DNA of 64,000 nucleotides from Eledone cirrhosa (taxonomy: Eukaryota), in contig OZ024742.1 in NCBI GenBank assembly GCA_964016885.1, positions 126,170,001 through 126,234,000 on the forward strand, in the 5' to 3' direction. Made by a program: the position numbers and the translations under genes. Below are positions 1 through 12,764 of the stretch, piece after piece (positions within the stretch are counted from its first letter, which is position 1; the number at the start of each line of letters is the position of its first letter). The notes beneath the pieces were generated by a model. That model did not search any database, was not told the origin of the DNA, and saw only the letters and a list, made by a program, of their open reading frames with translations.

Positions 1-35
1 ATTCATACATACATCGCCATTTTAGAGCACCGATA

Positions 36-68
<33 letters not shown>

Positions 69-289
69 TAGCAGTTTAGCCCGGCGTTGCTCGGGTTTGT
101 TCATTTGCTATGAAAAGTTACATACAGGTAAACGTGGCTTGAAAGCGAATAAGCTTATCAATTAAGTGCATAAAGCAGTTGAACCGGTTATTAAAAGTTA
201 TGAACTAATTAGCATTTTGGACAATCAATGATCAATCAATAATCTTCCAATAGCGACTGATGCCGCTGGGCGTCAGATCTGTCCGCCAT

Positions 290-1662
290 GGGAGTTCGTT
301 TTTTATTCGGGGTGTCAGTTTTTTATTGGGGGGGGGTCCGTTTTTTATTTGGTGGGGCAGGTAAGTTTTTTATTTGGAATCCGTTTTTAATTGGGGGTCC
401 GTTTTTTATTTGGGGGGGATCCATCTTTTATTGGGGGGGGGTATTTAGGGGCATCTGTTTTTTATTGGGAGGAGGGGCATTTTTTATTTGGGGAGATCCG
501 TCTTTTATTTGGGGAGGGGGAGTTTATTTGGGGGCATGTTTTTATTGGGGGGGGAGCATTTTTTATTTGGAGGGGGGGGGCCGTTTTTTATTTGTAGTCC
601 GTTTTTTTATTTGGGGGCATGTTTTTATGGGGGGGGGGCTCCTTTTTTATGGAGGGGGGGCGTTTTTTTATTGGGGGAGTCCGTTTTTTAATGGGGAGTC
701 TGTTTTTTATTTGGAGACCATTTTTTATTTGGGCGAGGTGTTGGGTTCAGTTTTTTATGGGGGGTCGGTTTTTTATTTGGAGACCGTTTTTTATTTGGGG
801 GGTCCCCGTTTTTTATTGGGGGTTCTGTTTTTCATTGGGGGAGTTTTTATTTGGAATCCGTTTTTAATTTGGGGGCTCCGTTTTTTATTTGGGGGGGTCC
901 GTTTTTTTGGTGGGGGGTCTGTTTTTTATGGGGGGGGTCTATTTTTTATTTGGGGGTGATCCCTTTTTTATTTGGGGGTCCATTTTATTTGGGGTGTACG
1001 TTTTTTATTTGGAGTCCGTCTTTTATTGAGGGCGTTTTGTATTAGGAGACCGTTTTTTATTGGGGGGGAGGGTTTTTATTTTGGTGGAGGGTCTGTTTTT
1101 TTATTGGGGGGGTCTATTTTTTATTTGGGGGTAATCCGTTTTTATTTGGGGGATCCATTTTATTTGGGTGGTTCGATTTTTATTGGGGGGTCTGTTTTTT
1201 ATTGGGGGGTCGGTTTTTTATTTGAGGGGTCCATTTTTTATTGGGAGGGTCCGTTTTTTTATTGGGGTGGGTCCGTTTTTTATTTGGGGGAGGGGTGGGG
1301 GTCCTTTTTTTAAAGGGGGTCCGTTTTTTTTGGAGGGGTCTGTTTTTTATTTGGGGGGGAGGCGTTGGGTAATCTTTTTATGGGGGGCGTTCTTTATTGG
1401 GGGGGTCGGTTTTTTATTTGGAGACCGTTTTTTATTTGGGGAGAGGGATGGGGGATGCGTTTTTTATGGGGGTGGGAGTTTTTTATTGGGGGGGGGGGTA
1501 TTTTGGGGGGAGGGTATGGGGGGCGTTTATTATGGGGGTGGGCGTTTTTTATTGGGGGGTCCGTTTTTTTTTTGGGGGGGGGGGCGTTTTCTATTGGGGG
1601 GTCTGATTTTTATTTGGAGACCGTTTTTTATTTGGGGGGGGGGGCGTTTTTTATGGGGGGTC
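290..1662. repeat. Degenerate G/T-rich minisatellite (unit ~CCGTTTTTTATTTGGGGGG) inside the Helitron
   Basis: Dozens of ~20-nt variants with alternating T and G runs. The reverse-complement counterpart lies at ~32695-34180. Confidence 0.9.
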
Positions 1663-1664
1663 CG

Positions 1665-1982
1665 CACACGGACCATGTTAGCTTTGACGATGTCATGTAA
1701 TTCCTGGTCAGTTGCTGGGTTATGGATTTCAGCCAAAATGAAGCTGTCTATGACATTTGAATTGATTTCATCAGCTAACCAAATCAAAATGTGAGCATGT
1801 GGCAGCCCTCGTTTTTGCCATTCGACGGTGAACATGTCACACTTTACAGCCCCAAATATCTGACCCTTTTTTATTAAAGCCATGAGTTTAGCCAGTTTCA
1901 GTCTGAACACTTTGGCAATGAGGTCATGTCTGTTCGAATAATTTTGCCCAGGAAAACGTTCACGGGTTACATTCCGATTCAT
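1665..1982 (-). pseudogene. Helitron Rep (HUH rolling-circle endonuclease) fragment
   Basis: Translation contains VEWQKRGLPHAHILIWL (HUH motif 2) and DLIAKVFRLK. It is truncated at both ends. Confidence 0.92.
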
Positions 1983-2429
1983 ATGTCTATAGCATTAATC
2001 TGTTATATGAAGTGTTATTTTGTGGGTTGTTATTTGCAATAAGTGGATTGAAAATGCCCCAGATAAGCCGTATGTCAATACGGAATGCTCAATACGGAAC
2101 GCTCCACTGCAGTGTTGTCATATAGGGAGTGAAGAGCGACAGAGAGAGTAAAGCAGTTAAATTATAGAGAGAGGGAATATACGGAACGCTCCATTTGATC
2201 ATACACAGTTTCATATAGGGAGTGAAGAGCGACAGAGAGAGTAAAGCAGTTAAATTATAGAGAGGGGGAATGATCATGATCGATTTTTGCCCTTATTGTT
2301 GATGGATTTGAAATTCTTCTGACCAAAAGCAATAATTGTCCCGACTTTGAATAGAATTCGTTGGAAATTGTGAACGTGCATACGTTACAAACCTTAACAT
2401 ACACATCCTCAGCTTTATATATATAGATA

Positions 2430-4795
2430 CTAGCAGTTTAGCCCGGCGTTGCTCGGGTTTATTCATTTGCTATGAAAAGTTACATACAGGTAAACGTGGC
2501 TTGAAAGCGAATAAGCTTATCAATTAAGTGCATAAAGCAGTTGAACCGGTTATTAAAAGTTACGAACCAATTAGCATTTTGGACAATCAATGATTGGTTA
2601 ATAATCTTCCAATAGCGAATTTAGCAGACCAAAGTTGCAAGATGGTAGGCCTGATGCCGCTGGGTGTCACATCTGTCCGCCATGGGTGACCCTACCAGGA
2701 AATAGTTTTCCAGACGGCATAGCTCCAACACCTCCAACACCTGCACCAACATCTATAGCACCTCTTTGTAGACGATATTGCCTGTCATCCCTTGAGAAGT
2801 GTAAGCAAAAAGTGCATTCCTTCTCCCTACGTGGGAACAGGCAACATAAAGTTGACCATGGGAGAAGCATGGCTCCCCCAAATTGATGCCCGCAATGTTT
2901 GCCCTTGTGACTTGTTAAGGGACATGGCAAAACATGGTCTCATCGGAATTGGGATCGCCGGAAATCGAACGGGATATCTGACGCCGAGGGGAAAAGGTTC
3001 ATCCTTGGAATGAAAACATTCTCCCCTCTCCCGCACCCCGTTACAATGGTGGCCTCAATCAAGTGGGGCGTCATTGACTTGACGACCATGCGAGAACCGT
3101 TGCACTGCTTTGGTGGGCGCAAGTTCCTTATTAGCATAATGAGACAGCCAAACCTAAGCTTAAGAATGTGAGGTGGAGCCCTGGAGGCTCAAGGGAATTT
3201 AATAACTCAACCGGATACTTAACGATATCGTCGGGGTCTGACGTCCGATCGATAGATTTGAAGATGTGCTCTTTACCGGGAATTTTCTCAATCAGCTGCT
3301 CGTTAATAAAATTAACCATGGCATTTTTCGGAGCAAGGATGGCTCTTTCGCTGAGCCAATCGAAGTTTATAAAGTTAGATTTGACATTACGAAAAACTGC
3401 CTCCCAAAGGTCAGAAGGGCTGCTCACAATGTTGCACAGGTAGTCGATTGCTATGCCGACCTTGTCATCAGCAAGTGCTAAAATGTTCTGAGCAAATGCT
3501 GCAGACATGTTGTCACTTTGTGCTCAGGTACAAAGTCTTCACTTGGGGCCACAACGTGGACGACTTAAGGCAGGCAAGCACTTCATCAGCTCTTGTCCCT
3601 TTGGGGATGACAGGCAGCGTTTGCCGAAAATCCCCTGATAGCAGAAGGGTTACGCCACCCATAGGAGCCGTAGAATCCCTAATGTCTTTCAGGGTCCTGT
3701 CCAATGCCTCAAGTGCACCCTTGTGTGCCAGTGTGCACTAATCTCAAACAATGAGGCAACATTTTTTGAGAACCAGAGCTTCGTGTGAGCTCTTGCTGAT
3801 ATTGCATATTGGCGTCTCAGTTTTTACTAAATCCAAGGGGAGTTTAAAGGTTGAATGTGCTGTCCTGCCTCTCGGCAGCAAAGTAGCAGCGATCCCGGAT
3901 GATGCAACGGCCAACGCAATTTTTTTCTCATGACGAATCTTAGCGGGAATCAATTTTATTACAAAAGTTTTTCCGGTACCCCAGGAGCATAGAGAAAGTA
4001 AATACCACCAGTCTGATTTTGAACCGCATCAATGATAGTTAAATAGGCCAACCTTTCGTCCGACAGACGTTTGGACTCATTTTCCTCTGAATATTGGGAA
4101 AGAGATTCGATGTCATATGCTGTTTCCCACAACAAATCCGGGGCCAACGTGTTAGCTTCATCTGTGACGGTTGACGGAAAGCCATACGTCGCCAACTCAC
4201 TCCCACCCATGTCGAGAAGGGCGTCCTCAATATCAATGAGTGCCCTGTTGTAGATAATGCCGCTGTAAGCAACTTCCACTGAAGGATACTGCAGATGAGC
4301 CAGGCGCAGGAAATCCTCAGACATGAAGTGTCTGTACTTAACCCATAAAGATTTGGGATCACCCAATTCACGCTTTTGAAGCAAAATGGCAAAGAGTTCC
4401 CGTCGACCTTTAAGTGATTTCAACAAAGCACCCTCTGCTAAAGTGGAATCCCATTGCGAATCATCTTCCAAAAGACCACGATTAAAGCAGGCTTCCCGGT
4501 ACGTATCACATATTTCTCCATCAACAGTTTTGAGGTCCTGAAAACTTTGTGGGCCTACAACTTCATGCAGAAGAAGGCGGAGATGAAAGCACTCATGCTG
4601 ACTTGGGGGCACAGTGTAAACCCTTCCAAGACAGCTATCAAATTTTACACCAAACAGCTATCAAATTTTACAGCCTGACCTGACTTTCTTCGCACCCAAG
4701 TGTTTTTCGACCATATAAAGTCGGATGGAACCTGGGGGTACACAATTGTTTGCGCAAATGTATCGAACTGGCAAAGTTTGAAGAAACCTGTCAGT
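2430..4795 (-). mobile_element. Helitron 3' portion with a decayed Pif1-like helicase
   Basis: CTAG end at 2430-2433 preceded by the same hairpin. It shares ~220-260 bp of 3' terminus with element 68-2427. No 5' TC end is visible. Confidence 0.88.
2750..4795 (-). pseudogene. Helitron Pif1 helicase pseudogene (stops and frameshifts)
   Basis: Motifs ASSGIAATLLPRGRTAHSTFK, GGVTLLLSGDFRQTLPV, ERAILAPKN, CNGSR, FAMSLNKSQGQTL and HLRLLLHEVVGPQSFQDLKTVDG are split over several short ORFs. Confidence 0.93.
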
Positions 4796-5277
4796 GCGTG
4801 CGTGTGTGTGGGAGGGGGGTGTAAATATGGGGCTAGATGCTCTATCAAGTTATAAATTGGGTGTTATAACTTGATAGAGCATCTAGCCCCTATTTACACC
4901 CCCTCCCACACACACGCACACACACACGCACGCACACACGTACACACACACACACACACATGCTTACACCTCCACTTATTCTCTCTCACACACACACATA
5001 CACACACAAAGACCAGTTCTAACACGAGATAACATCTATCCCCCACATTTACGTATAGACATATCTTCTCACACTCACACACACACATACTTACACCTCA
5101 CACATTCTCCCACACACTTAAACAGGCATGTACAAAAAAATCCTTTTAAAGGGAGACTACTCTTTATCCACCTAACCTTAACTCTTTGACATTAGAGATA
5201 GAACAGATACTCTATACCATTTCCTGTCAGCATGACTTGGCAAGCTATTTAGAACACTGGTTTAACCGCTTTACTTC

Positions 5278-5312
5278 CCTCTGAAGAAGAGATATTATGT
5301 CGAAAATTAAGG
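5278..5312 (+). ncRNA. Minimal type-I hammerhead ribozyme (degenerate), family A
   Basis: cct-CTGAAGA-a-gagat-att-atgtc-GAAA-at-TA-agg, with one stem II mismatch. It sits at the end of a CA-rich PLE-like tail (4890-5415). Confidence 0.55.
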
Positions 5313-5426
5313 ACATTTAAATAGATCTAAGGTAAAAGACTAATTGTCAACAATATCTTTTGCATTTGCATTCTTTATTCTATGTCCATACCTGCATTGT
5401 TTTGGCTTTATTATACACATACAAAC

Positions 5427-5472
<46 letters not shown>

Positions 5473-6018
5473 TTGTGAGCGAGTCTGTATCTGTGCCTGT
5501 ATATGGGCATGTAGGCAGGTGTCTGTGTATGCGTATGTCTATAGTTTTTATATGTTCTCCTTAAGTGTGTGTGTATAGCGGGTGTCTATGCGTACGAATG
5601 GTGTTATCTATGTAATTGTGTGTGTGTGCGCGTGTGAACTACCAAACCCAGCAGTAATTCATCGAAGTGTGGCAGAAAGGGACAGCCTATGGTCAGTCAA
5701 GTAACACCTGTTGGTCAGAATTACGATGACGTAGAAAAACAGCGGCCAATAGCAGGACGCGCGAAGAGGATGTTTTTGACGCTAACACCCCAGTGAGAGA
5801 ATTTGCTCCGAAATCATTAGACGTGTCCGTCGAACCTGCGGATCCAGAATCAGACAGATTCACATAATGATCGTGTCTCGAGCTGTCCGCCGGTGAAACA
5901 ATTGTAACACACAATAAATTGAGTTCAGATGCATCACTGATTTTTCGTTTTATATATATATATATATATATATTTCGTTTCTGAATTATTGGCAACATGA
6001 CCCTCCCAAAGTATAACA

Positions 6019-6034
<16 letters not shown>

Positions 6035-6050
<16 letters not shown>

Positions 6051-6332
6051 GATGTCTGTCTGTGTGTGTGTGAGTTTGAATCCCTAAAACTCGAGAACCA
6101 CCCAACCGAATGTTTTCAAACTTTACACATGTAATACTTATGTTTCAGGGAGTGTTCTGAGCAAAATAAATTTCAAAGTTTCAATGCCCTAGGGACCACA
6201 TTAGGCGATTTAGCGATCTTTCTCTATAATTCTTAGTCTTTCTCTTTTTAGATAGATATATACATATAACGTCGCGCCCTTATAATATCTGTCTGTATGT
6301 CTGACTGTCTGCATTACGTCACTTCCCTGAGG

Positions 6333-6367
<35 letters not shown>

Positions 6368-6960
6368 AGTTTGAATCCCTAAAATTCGAGAAGTACCCAA
6401 CTGACTTTTTTCAAACTTTACATGTGTATTACTTATGTTTCAGGGAGTGTTATGCACATAAAATTCAACTTTTTGATCCCCTAGGGCCCGCATTAGTTGA
6501 AAAACTGCGTTTTTCACGTTTTTAGGGGTTTTTTCAGTCGTTACGTCAGACTGATTTCCTTGAAATTGTGACTATGTATTAGTCAGTCTCTTCTTCATAT
6601 CGTGAGCAAAGAAAATCCAACCTTTTTATGGCCTAGGGCCCGCATTAGGTGAAAAACTTCATTTTTTTCCAGCTTTTTAGGGCTTTTTTGAGGCGTTACG
6701 TCTAGCCGATCTTCACGAAATTTCAAGGCATATTATGCACATAAAAAAAATTCATTTTCTGAATCCCCTAGGGCCCGCATTAAGTGAAAACCTGCATTTT
6801 CCTGCTTCACCGAGGAAAATCTTAAAGATTATCCAGCCATCAGAGTATTCGGTTTATTTTCTTTACATATTGTCCACGCATGCAGTTTTTCAACGATTAG
6901 GTCTTTGGCGACCCGCATTCCAAAATACATTATCGTGTGCAACGTCGGGTACCACTGCTA

Positions 6961-6961
<1 letters not shown>
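6035..6961 (+). mobile_element. Non-autonomous Helitron
   Basis: Starts TATATAAACTGAGGATGTCTGTC, similar to the 5' end at 2427, and ends GTGCAACGTCGGGTACCACTG-CTAG. Its interior is homologous to 21368-22684. Confidence 0.75.
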
Positions 6962-7001
<40 letters not shown>

Positions 7002-7258
7002 AATTAAGCGAAGTGAGAGAGAAAACGCCAGAAATTGTTATTCCTGAACTGTTAATGGAAGGACATGCTGCTTCCAAACAATAATCCACCTCCTCTCCGG
7101 TCCATCGTCCTCCTCGCGCACAAATCATCCCATCTTTAAGGTAATTAAATAAAAACAGTTTACATATTTCTTTTGCATTCTCTTTTATGTTCATTTTCCT
7201 TGTAAAACCCATACAAATGATTTTTGGGTGTTTGTGGGGGTTGGAATGTATTATTTAT

Positions 7259-7400
7259 CTCTATCTCTCTCTATATAAAATTCTTTGTCTGTCTGTTCCT
7301 ATACATTCTCAAACGGCTGGACCAAATCAAACCAAATTTTACAAGATAATAGTATTAGACTCCGGGAGTATCAACATGTAATTTTTATTTTCATTTGGAT
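7259..7400 (+). mobile_element. 5' fragment of a Helitron/DINE-like non-autonomous element
   Basis: TCTATATAAAA...GTCTGTCTGT...CTCAAACGGCTGGACCAAAT resembles the starts of the other local Helitrons. Confidence 0.45.
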
Positions 7401-8204
7401 TTTAAAAATATATTTTATCTAAAATAACATTTCTATAGTGAACTATAGTAAACCACCACCACCACCACCAGTCACATTTTGTATATGAGTGTGTATGTAT
7501 CACTGAGTGTGTTTAAGAGTTCGTTACTACGTAAGTTGCATACACATTATATTCACACACAGACAATTAAACACACACACACACACACATCTACACATAC
7601 AGATACATATGTGATGACAGACAGGTGTGAGTGAATGTATGTCTGTGTGTGTCCCTCTTAGTATAGGTATGTGAGTGTGTGTGAGTGTGTGGGAGTGTAT
7701 GCGAGAGTGTATATGTATGTGAGTATATGTATGTGTGAGTATATGTGTGTGTGAGGGTATGTGAAAGTGTATGTGTGTGTGAGAGTATGTGCGATCATTT
7801 TTATTTTCATTTGCATTAAAACAATAGAAAACAACACACCTTTGTCCCATTTTGTATATGAATATGTATGTGTCTGTGAGTGTGTGTGTGCGCGTGCATT
7901 AGGTACCTGATTAAATATACACACACATCTACACATATGTAGCAACTGACCAATATTGAGGTGAAAAGCTATGCGTATGTCTGCGTGAATGTATGTCTGT
8001 GTGTGTCTGTCTTAGTATGTGTATAGAGAGTGTATGTGTGTGAGTGAATAGCAACAATTTATTCATTTGGACACCAACAAAAAATTGTACAATGAATATT
8101 AAACAAAAAAATTTGTCGATCGACTTTCGTCAAATCGGACCGAGGAAACAATGTTTCCGTTGGTCTTTCCAATTGCTAATGCTATCTGTTGGTCGCAACT
8201 CCAG

Positions 8205-8331
8205 GTAGAAGGAGCAACGTGAAATAAAGTCTCTTGCTCGAGGACATAACGCATCGCCCGGTTCAGGAATCGAACCGACAACCTCACGATTGCGAATCCA
8301 GTTCTCTAACCAATCAGCCACACGCCTTCAC
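8205..8331 (-). mobile_element. tRNA-derived SINE (family 2)
   Basis: Minus strand has A-box TGGCTGATTGGTTAG and B-box GGTTCGATTCC, followed by TGTCCTCGAGCAAGA-ACTTTATTTCACGTT shared with 25122-25253. Confidence 0.75.
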
Positions 8332-8423
8332 TTTACCCTAAGGTACTTCAAGATTGACAGATTTTCATTTCTAAATTCTATTATCATTAAAATTTTGATA
8401 TTTAAAAAAATAAAATATAGATA

Positions 8424-10690
8424 TCTATATATATAAAACAGAAGACGTATCTACTGAAGTTCACATTAACATTGTATTAGTACCTGATAACTTTTGAAGT
8501 TTACGTTCGATTTTAACTTTACCAGACACATTGGTTACCCATTGCCTGAAGAGGATGTTGAAGACACTGTCTATACCCGGAACCAGCAAGGGGATCCCCA
8601 GGGGGCAGAAAACCCCGGCGAGTCATTTATTGAATTTGGCTATTGTAATGCAGCAAAGCGTCATAGCTTCGGTAATTGGTAGTCCAATAAAATGAATTTC
8701 GACTTAGGGAACCCCCTAGGGAGGGCAGTGAGCTCCTTTGGACCACTTTTAAAGTTCATATTATGGTCGCAGCAAAGCATTTCAACTTCTGGAAATAAAA
8801 GTCAATTTAAATGAAAGTTGACGCATCGGTTACTCATGTCCTACAAATAGAGTAGCGAATTTTTAAATCCCACTGACTTAACTTTAGTTTGTTTAGTTAA
8901 TTTTAGGATGATTGAATTTAATGTTGCACCCGGTTGTCTCCCCCCGTGTAATTGCACCACAATTAAGTGCGGAATGGGGAGTTAAATTTTTTTCCTTGAA
9001 CTTTGGTGTGATTTCACACTCCTAACCAAGAAAGCGCGATTTAACCCAGGTGTAAATTTTAACGCCTACTGTATGTGGATTGTGCTATTTCACACTTATG
9101 CCTAAACTGTCCGAATGATTGATTAGTTTTTACACCCCCGTTCAATTGCACCTCAATTAAGTGCGAAATGGCGACCTCTGCCAACCATACATCAGTGAGT
9201 TGTGTTCAGTAGATTTCATCACACTTATTTGTATTATCTAACTAATCAGGCAACTCGAGTGTTGTTCATTGAACGAAATCACTCCTATTTATATTCGGTC
9301 AAGTCCGACCTAGGATCACACTTCTTTTTTGGCTTTTGACAAGTGGTAGGTTTTTTTACATGCGTACCCCATGTTTCTGAAACGCATGCTTCTTCAACAT
9401 TTGTCACCTTAAAGGAGGTTTAGTTAATGTGTTTATGGTCATAAGGTTCCAGTTTATCATGCTGTGATTTTTCGGCCGTTTTTGCCTGTATCCTTTCAAT
9501 GGTTAGTACTTACCTATTCGAACTGAACAAACATACTGACACTTATATACCTACCACTGTAGCCACACTATTTAATTTCCTTTATCACAGGTAGTCCGTA
9601 CGCTGCGTTGCCCCTAACTTAAAACCTGAAATTTGACTGGTACACAAAAATCTTGCAAAACATACCCACTTTCTCAGACCACATAGATTTATCACATTTT
9701 TTCACAATTTATATCCGTGTTTAGTTTTGCTTACTTAAACGTTATTTGTCCACTATTTATCGTTTCCCCTGGTTAATTTTCTAAAAACAATGCCCCCCCC
9801 CCCCCAAGAAAAGAACTCTCATTGGTCGATTATCTAATGATGCAAGTAGGTCTAAGCGAAGGCATCTCACCGAAGATGTAAATGCGACTGCGATCAGGCT
9901 CTCACAGAATGCTGTGCAGACGGCAGCCGCAAGAGCCGAGGAGGATGAGAGTCGGCGTGAACTTCGACGGAACGAAGATGCTGCCGCAACTGCTGCTCGC
10001 GCTCGAGAGGATGAAGAACGACGTGCCGTTCGACGAAGCAGGGACGCCGCTGCAACATTCGCTGCTCGCGCTCGAGAGGATGAAGGATGACGTGCCGTTC
10101 GACGAAGTAGGGACGCCACTGCAACAGCCGCTGCTTGCGTTCAAGGGGATGAAGGACGACGCGCCGTTCGACGAAACAGGGACGCCACTGCAACATCCGC
10201 TGCTCACGCTCGAGAGGTTGAAGGACGACGCGCCGTTCGACGAAGCAGCGACGCCGCTGCCACTCCTGCTGCACGAAAAACTGAAACCATAGAGCAGCGA
10301 CGTGGCCGACTTCTGCAAATTGAACAGCGGCGATCATCGTTACTTGGCATTTCTAGGACTTGCAATTCATGATGGTTATTGAGGCAACAATACTTACAGG
10401 ATGTGGTAAGGGGGATACTGTCTTCATACCAAGGATACCTCTCATTCCATCCGGTAAAGACATTCCTTTCACATTCAGAAGGCTGTAATTCCCTCTCCGG
10501 CTCAGTTTCGCCATGTCGATTAACAAATCACAGGGTCAGACGCTGACGGTCGTAGGGCTTAATTAAGAAGAACCGTGCTTCTCCCATGGTCAACTATATG
10601 TTGGCTGCTTTCGAGTGGGGAGTCAACATAACCTATTTGCTTTTGCAACTCGCGAGAAAACCCAAAATAGTCTATAAGGAAGTTGTGTAA
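8424..10690 (+). mobile_element. Internally deleted Helitron: RepHel N-terminus with 72-bp repeats joined to the helicase C-terminus
   Basis: TCTATATATATAAA start at 8424. Coding start MPPP..KKRTLIGRLSNDASRSKRR at ~9790, then R/A/E/D-rich repeats. 10372-10690 reads IEATILTGCGKGDTVFIPRIPL...FAMSINKSQGQTL...FSHGQLYV. No 3' CTAG end was identified. Confidence 0.75.
9930..10270 (+). repeat. ~72-bp coding minisatellite (4-5 units)
   Basis: Repeats of GCTCGAGAGGATGAAGGACGACGTGCCGTTCGACGAAGCAGGGACGCCGCTGCAAC, translating as AREDEGRRAVRRSRDAAAT. Confidence 0.85.
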
Positions 10691-11453
10691 TCACCCCATC
10701 GGCCAACAAGTAATCGCTGTTTTTTTTTTTGTATATGTAATACCACGTACACCTCTGAGGTTGCTTTTGCTATACGTTATAAATGTTCAATGTCTCCGTT
10801 TTCCGCATTTATATGTTGCTATTACGCTTTGCTATCGATGTTCCGTAGTTTTAACCTAATTAATCTACTTTTCCTTACATCTTATTTACACATTATTTTG
10901 ACATTCTAGCGTGATCTTGCCAAGGCCGTTTTTGTGGTTACATGCTTTTCTAGGTTACAATCTCAAATAACAAGCAAAGCAAATACGAGACACCAAAGTG
11001 GTGTGAAGGACTTCTTAAGAGCCACCACCTCTAATTGGAGTCGTCTTTGCTGACAGCTCTGTCACTGGAACTTTTAAGAGTGAACGATCCAAGGCCCTCT
11101 TCAGGGCCACCAAGTTTAAATTGTTACCATCGCTGTCCGGCATTCTCAATGGAAATTGGGATATCTATGATATGTTCACCGAGAGAAAAATAATTTTTCA
11201 TTAATAAAAAATATCTTCCTTTGATAGCAAGACATTCATATCTACACTCGTATTAAGAAAATATTGCTTTTGTTAATAAAACTTGCTGTTCGAACACAAT
11301 GGAATTTTTACTATAAAAATATGTGAAAATATAGTATAAACATACATTCCACTATCCATATTAATAGTGAAAAAAGACACGCCTACCATATTACAGAGAA
11401 GACATATTTTTCATATTTCTATATTATAAAATAATATTTCTATATTATAAAAT

Positions 11454-11633
11454 AATTGTTTCTACTTTTGGCACAAGGCCAGCAATTATCCCAGTGTATT
11501 ACTGGTACTTTATTTTATCGACCCCGTAAGGATGAGAGGCAAAGTTAACCTCGGCGGGATTTGAACTCAGATCATAAATGGCCGTAACTCTTTGCTGCAT
11601 AGCATGACGTCCGACCCTCTACTGATACTGCCA
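11454..11633 (-). mobile_element. tRNA-derived SINE (family 1, octopus-like)
   Basis: Minus strand reads TGGCAGTATC..TAGAG ... GAGTTCAAATCCCGCCGAGGTTAACTTTGCC...GGTCGATAAAATAAAGTACCAGT. There are about nine copies in the window. Confidence 0.85.
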
Positions 11634-12276
11634 AAAATAATAAGTCTGGCTAGGTAAGAGTTCATTATATTGCGTTTTATATATTAATAGTAGCGGAAAT
11701 AACAACCTGTCACCTGAAAGTTGCTCACTGGCTGCTTAACCAAGGCTGACATGTGATTATATTAAAATATTGCGCAAATGTCTTCCACCATAGCCTCGGT
11801 TCAAGCAAACATTTGCAATGGGAATTTAGTAAATGCTAATTAGGTGAGCCATTACAGATTTAATCTAGCTTTGATAGTTTAACACACCTGGCACATAGTT
11901 GGGATCCAGTCCATTGCATGTATTCAGGCCATTTGAGTAGTCTGAAGGTAATTTCTTTCCTCCAGGATCGTGGGGGTGCTCTTCCTTTTCAAACAAAGAC
12001 ATTAAAGGAGCCAACTAAATGGAGAAATTGGTATGGAATCTGTTTTCTTTAATCTGGAAAACTATAGGAAATAGGTGAATCTGCCTGATACTCGGCTACG
12101 ATACAATAGTTGTCGTAGTTTGAAACCTATGACTATGTAGTCTGTAAAATGTTTCTTCTTCAGACAACAAAAGACGATAAACGAGACGTATTCCCCACCA
12201 CTCGATCGCCGCCACAAAAAATCGTTCATAGTTTTTCAAAATAAAATTGACAAAAGTGGTAATAGTTTTACTGTGG

Positions 12277-12582
12277 TCCCGTAATTCCTGATAGAGTCGT
12301 AGGGCCACCGCTTTGACATATGGCGTTTCGATGGTATTTTCCTTTTTAAACCTGGCGCAGCCTATCTCCTCTCCAGGTCTGAATATAGCAGATTTCTTCC
12401 AGTGAAGGAGATAGTGGGAGAATAGGGGTGAGACAAAGATATAGAGGAAGAATCGACCCTGGTACTTTTTTCCGACCTCGAATGGATTGAAGGCAAAGTT
12501 GACCTCGGCGGGATTTTAATTCAGAAAGCAGATAAAACGAATGCCACGAAGCATTCTATACGACTCAGCCAATTCGATGTCC
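12277..12582 (-). mobile_element. SINE family 1, long-tail variant
   Basis: Same head and core as 11454 plus a ~170-bp different tail shared with 13282-13629 and 16228-16503. Confidence 0.75.
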
Positions 12583-12764
12583 TATAATTCTTCAAGCTGT
12601 TTTGTAGGGCATAATGATGCTCAGATTTTGCCCAATCCTAGGTCTTATCCCATAATAGTACAGTTGCTATATTTGACAACTTGGATGAACTAAACACCTT
12701 TTAACCTACACAAACAGTAGACATCTCTCGTTATCGATAGCATTTATCTATCTAAAATGTCAAA

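Larger units (their letters stand above)
68..2427 (-). mobile_element. Non-autonomous Helitron with a Rep fragment and a G/T-rich minisatellite
   Basis: The minus strand starts TCTATATATATAAAG at 2427 and ends CCCGAGCAACGCCGGG hairpin + CTAAACTG-CTAG at 68, inserted between A and T. These are canonical Helitron termini. Confidence 0.88.

Noticed and set aside
290-1662. Telomeric repeat
   Set aside because: There is no constant TTAGGG-like unit, and the array is internal to a Helitron.
288-1794. G/F/W-rich ORFs (also 32654-34211)
   Set aside because: They are artefacts of the G/T-run minisatellite and are open in several frames.
2750-4795. Host PIF1 gene
   Set aside because: It is intronless, broken by stops and frameshifts, and ends at a Helitron hairpin-CTAG terminus.
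8205-8331. tRNA gene (also 25122 and ~16000-16055)
   Set aside because: A and B boxes are present but there is no proper acceptor stem, and the sequence continues into a shared SINE body.
9930-10270. CRISPR-like repeat array
   Set aside because: The units are contiguous with no unique spacers, there are no cas genes, and the context is eukaryotic.
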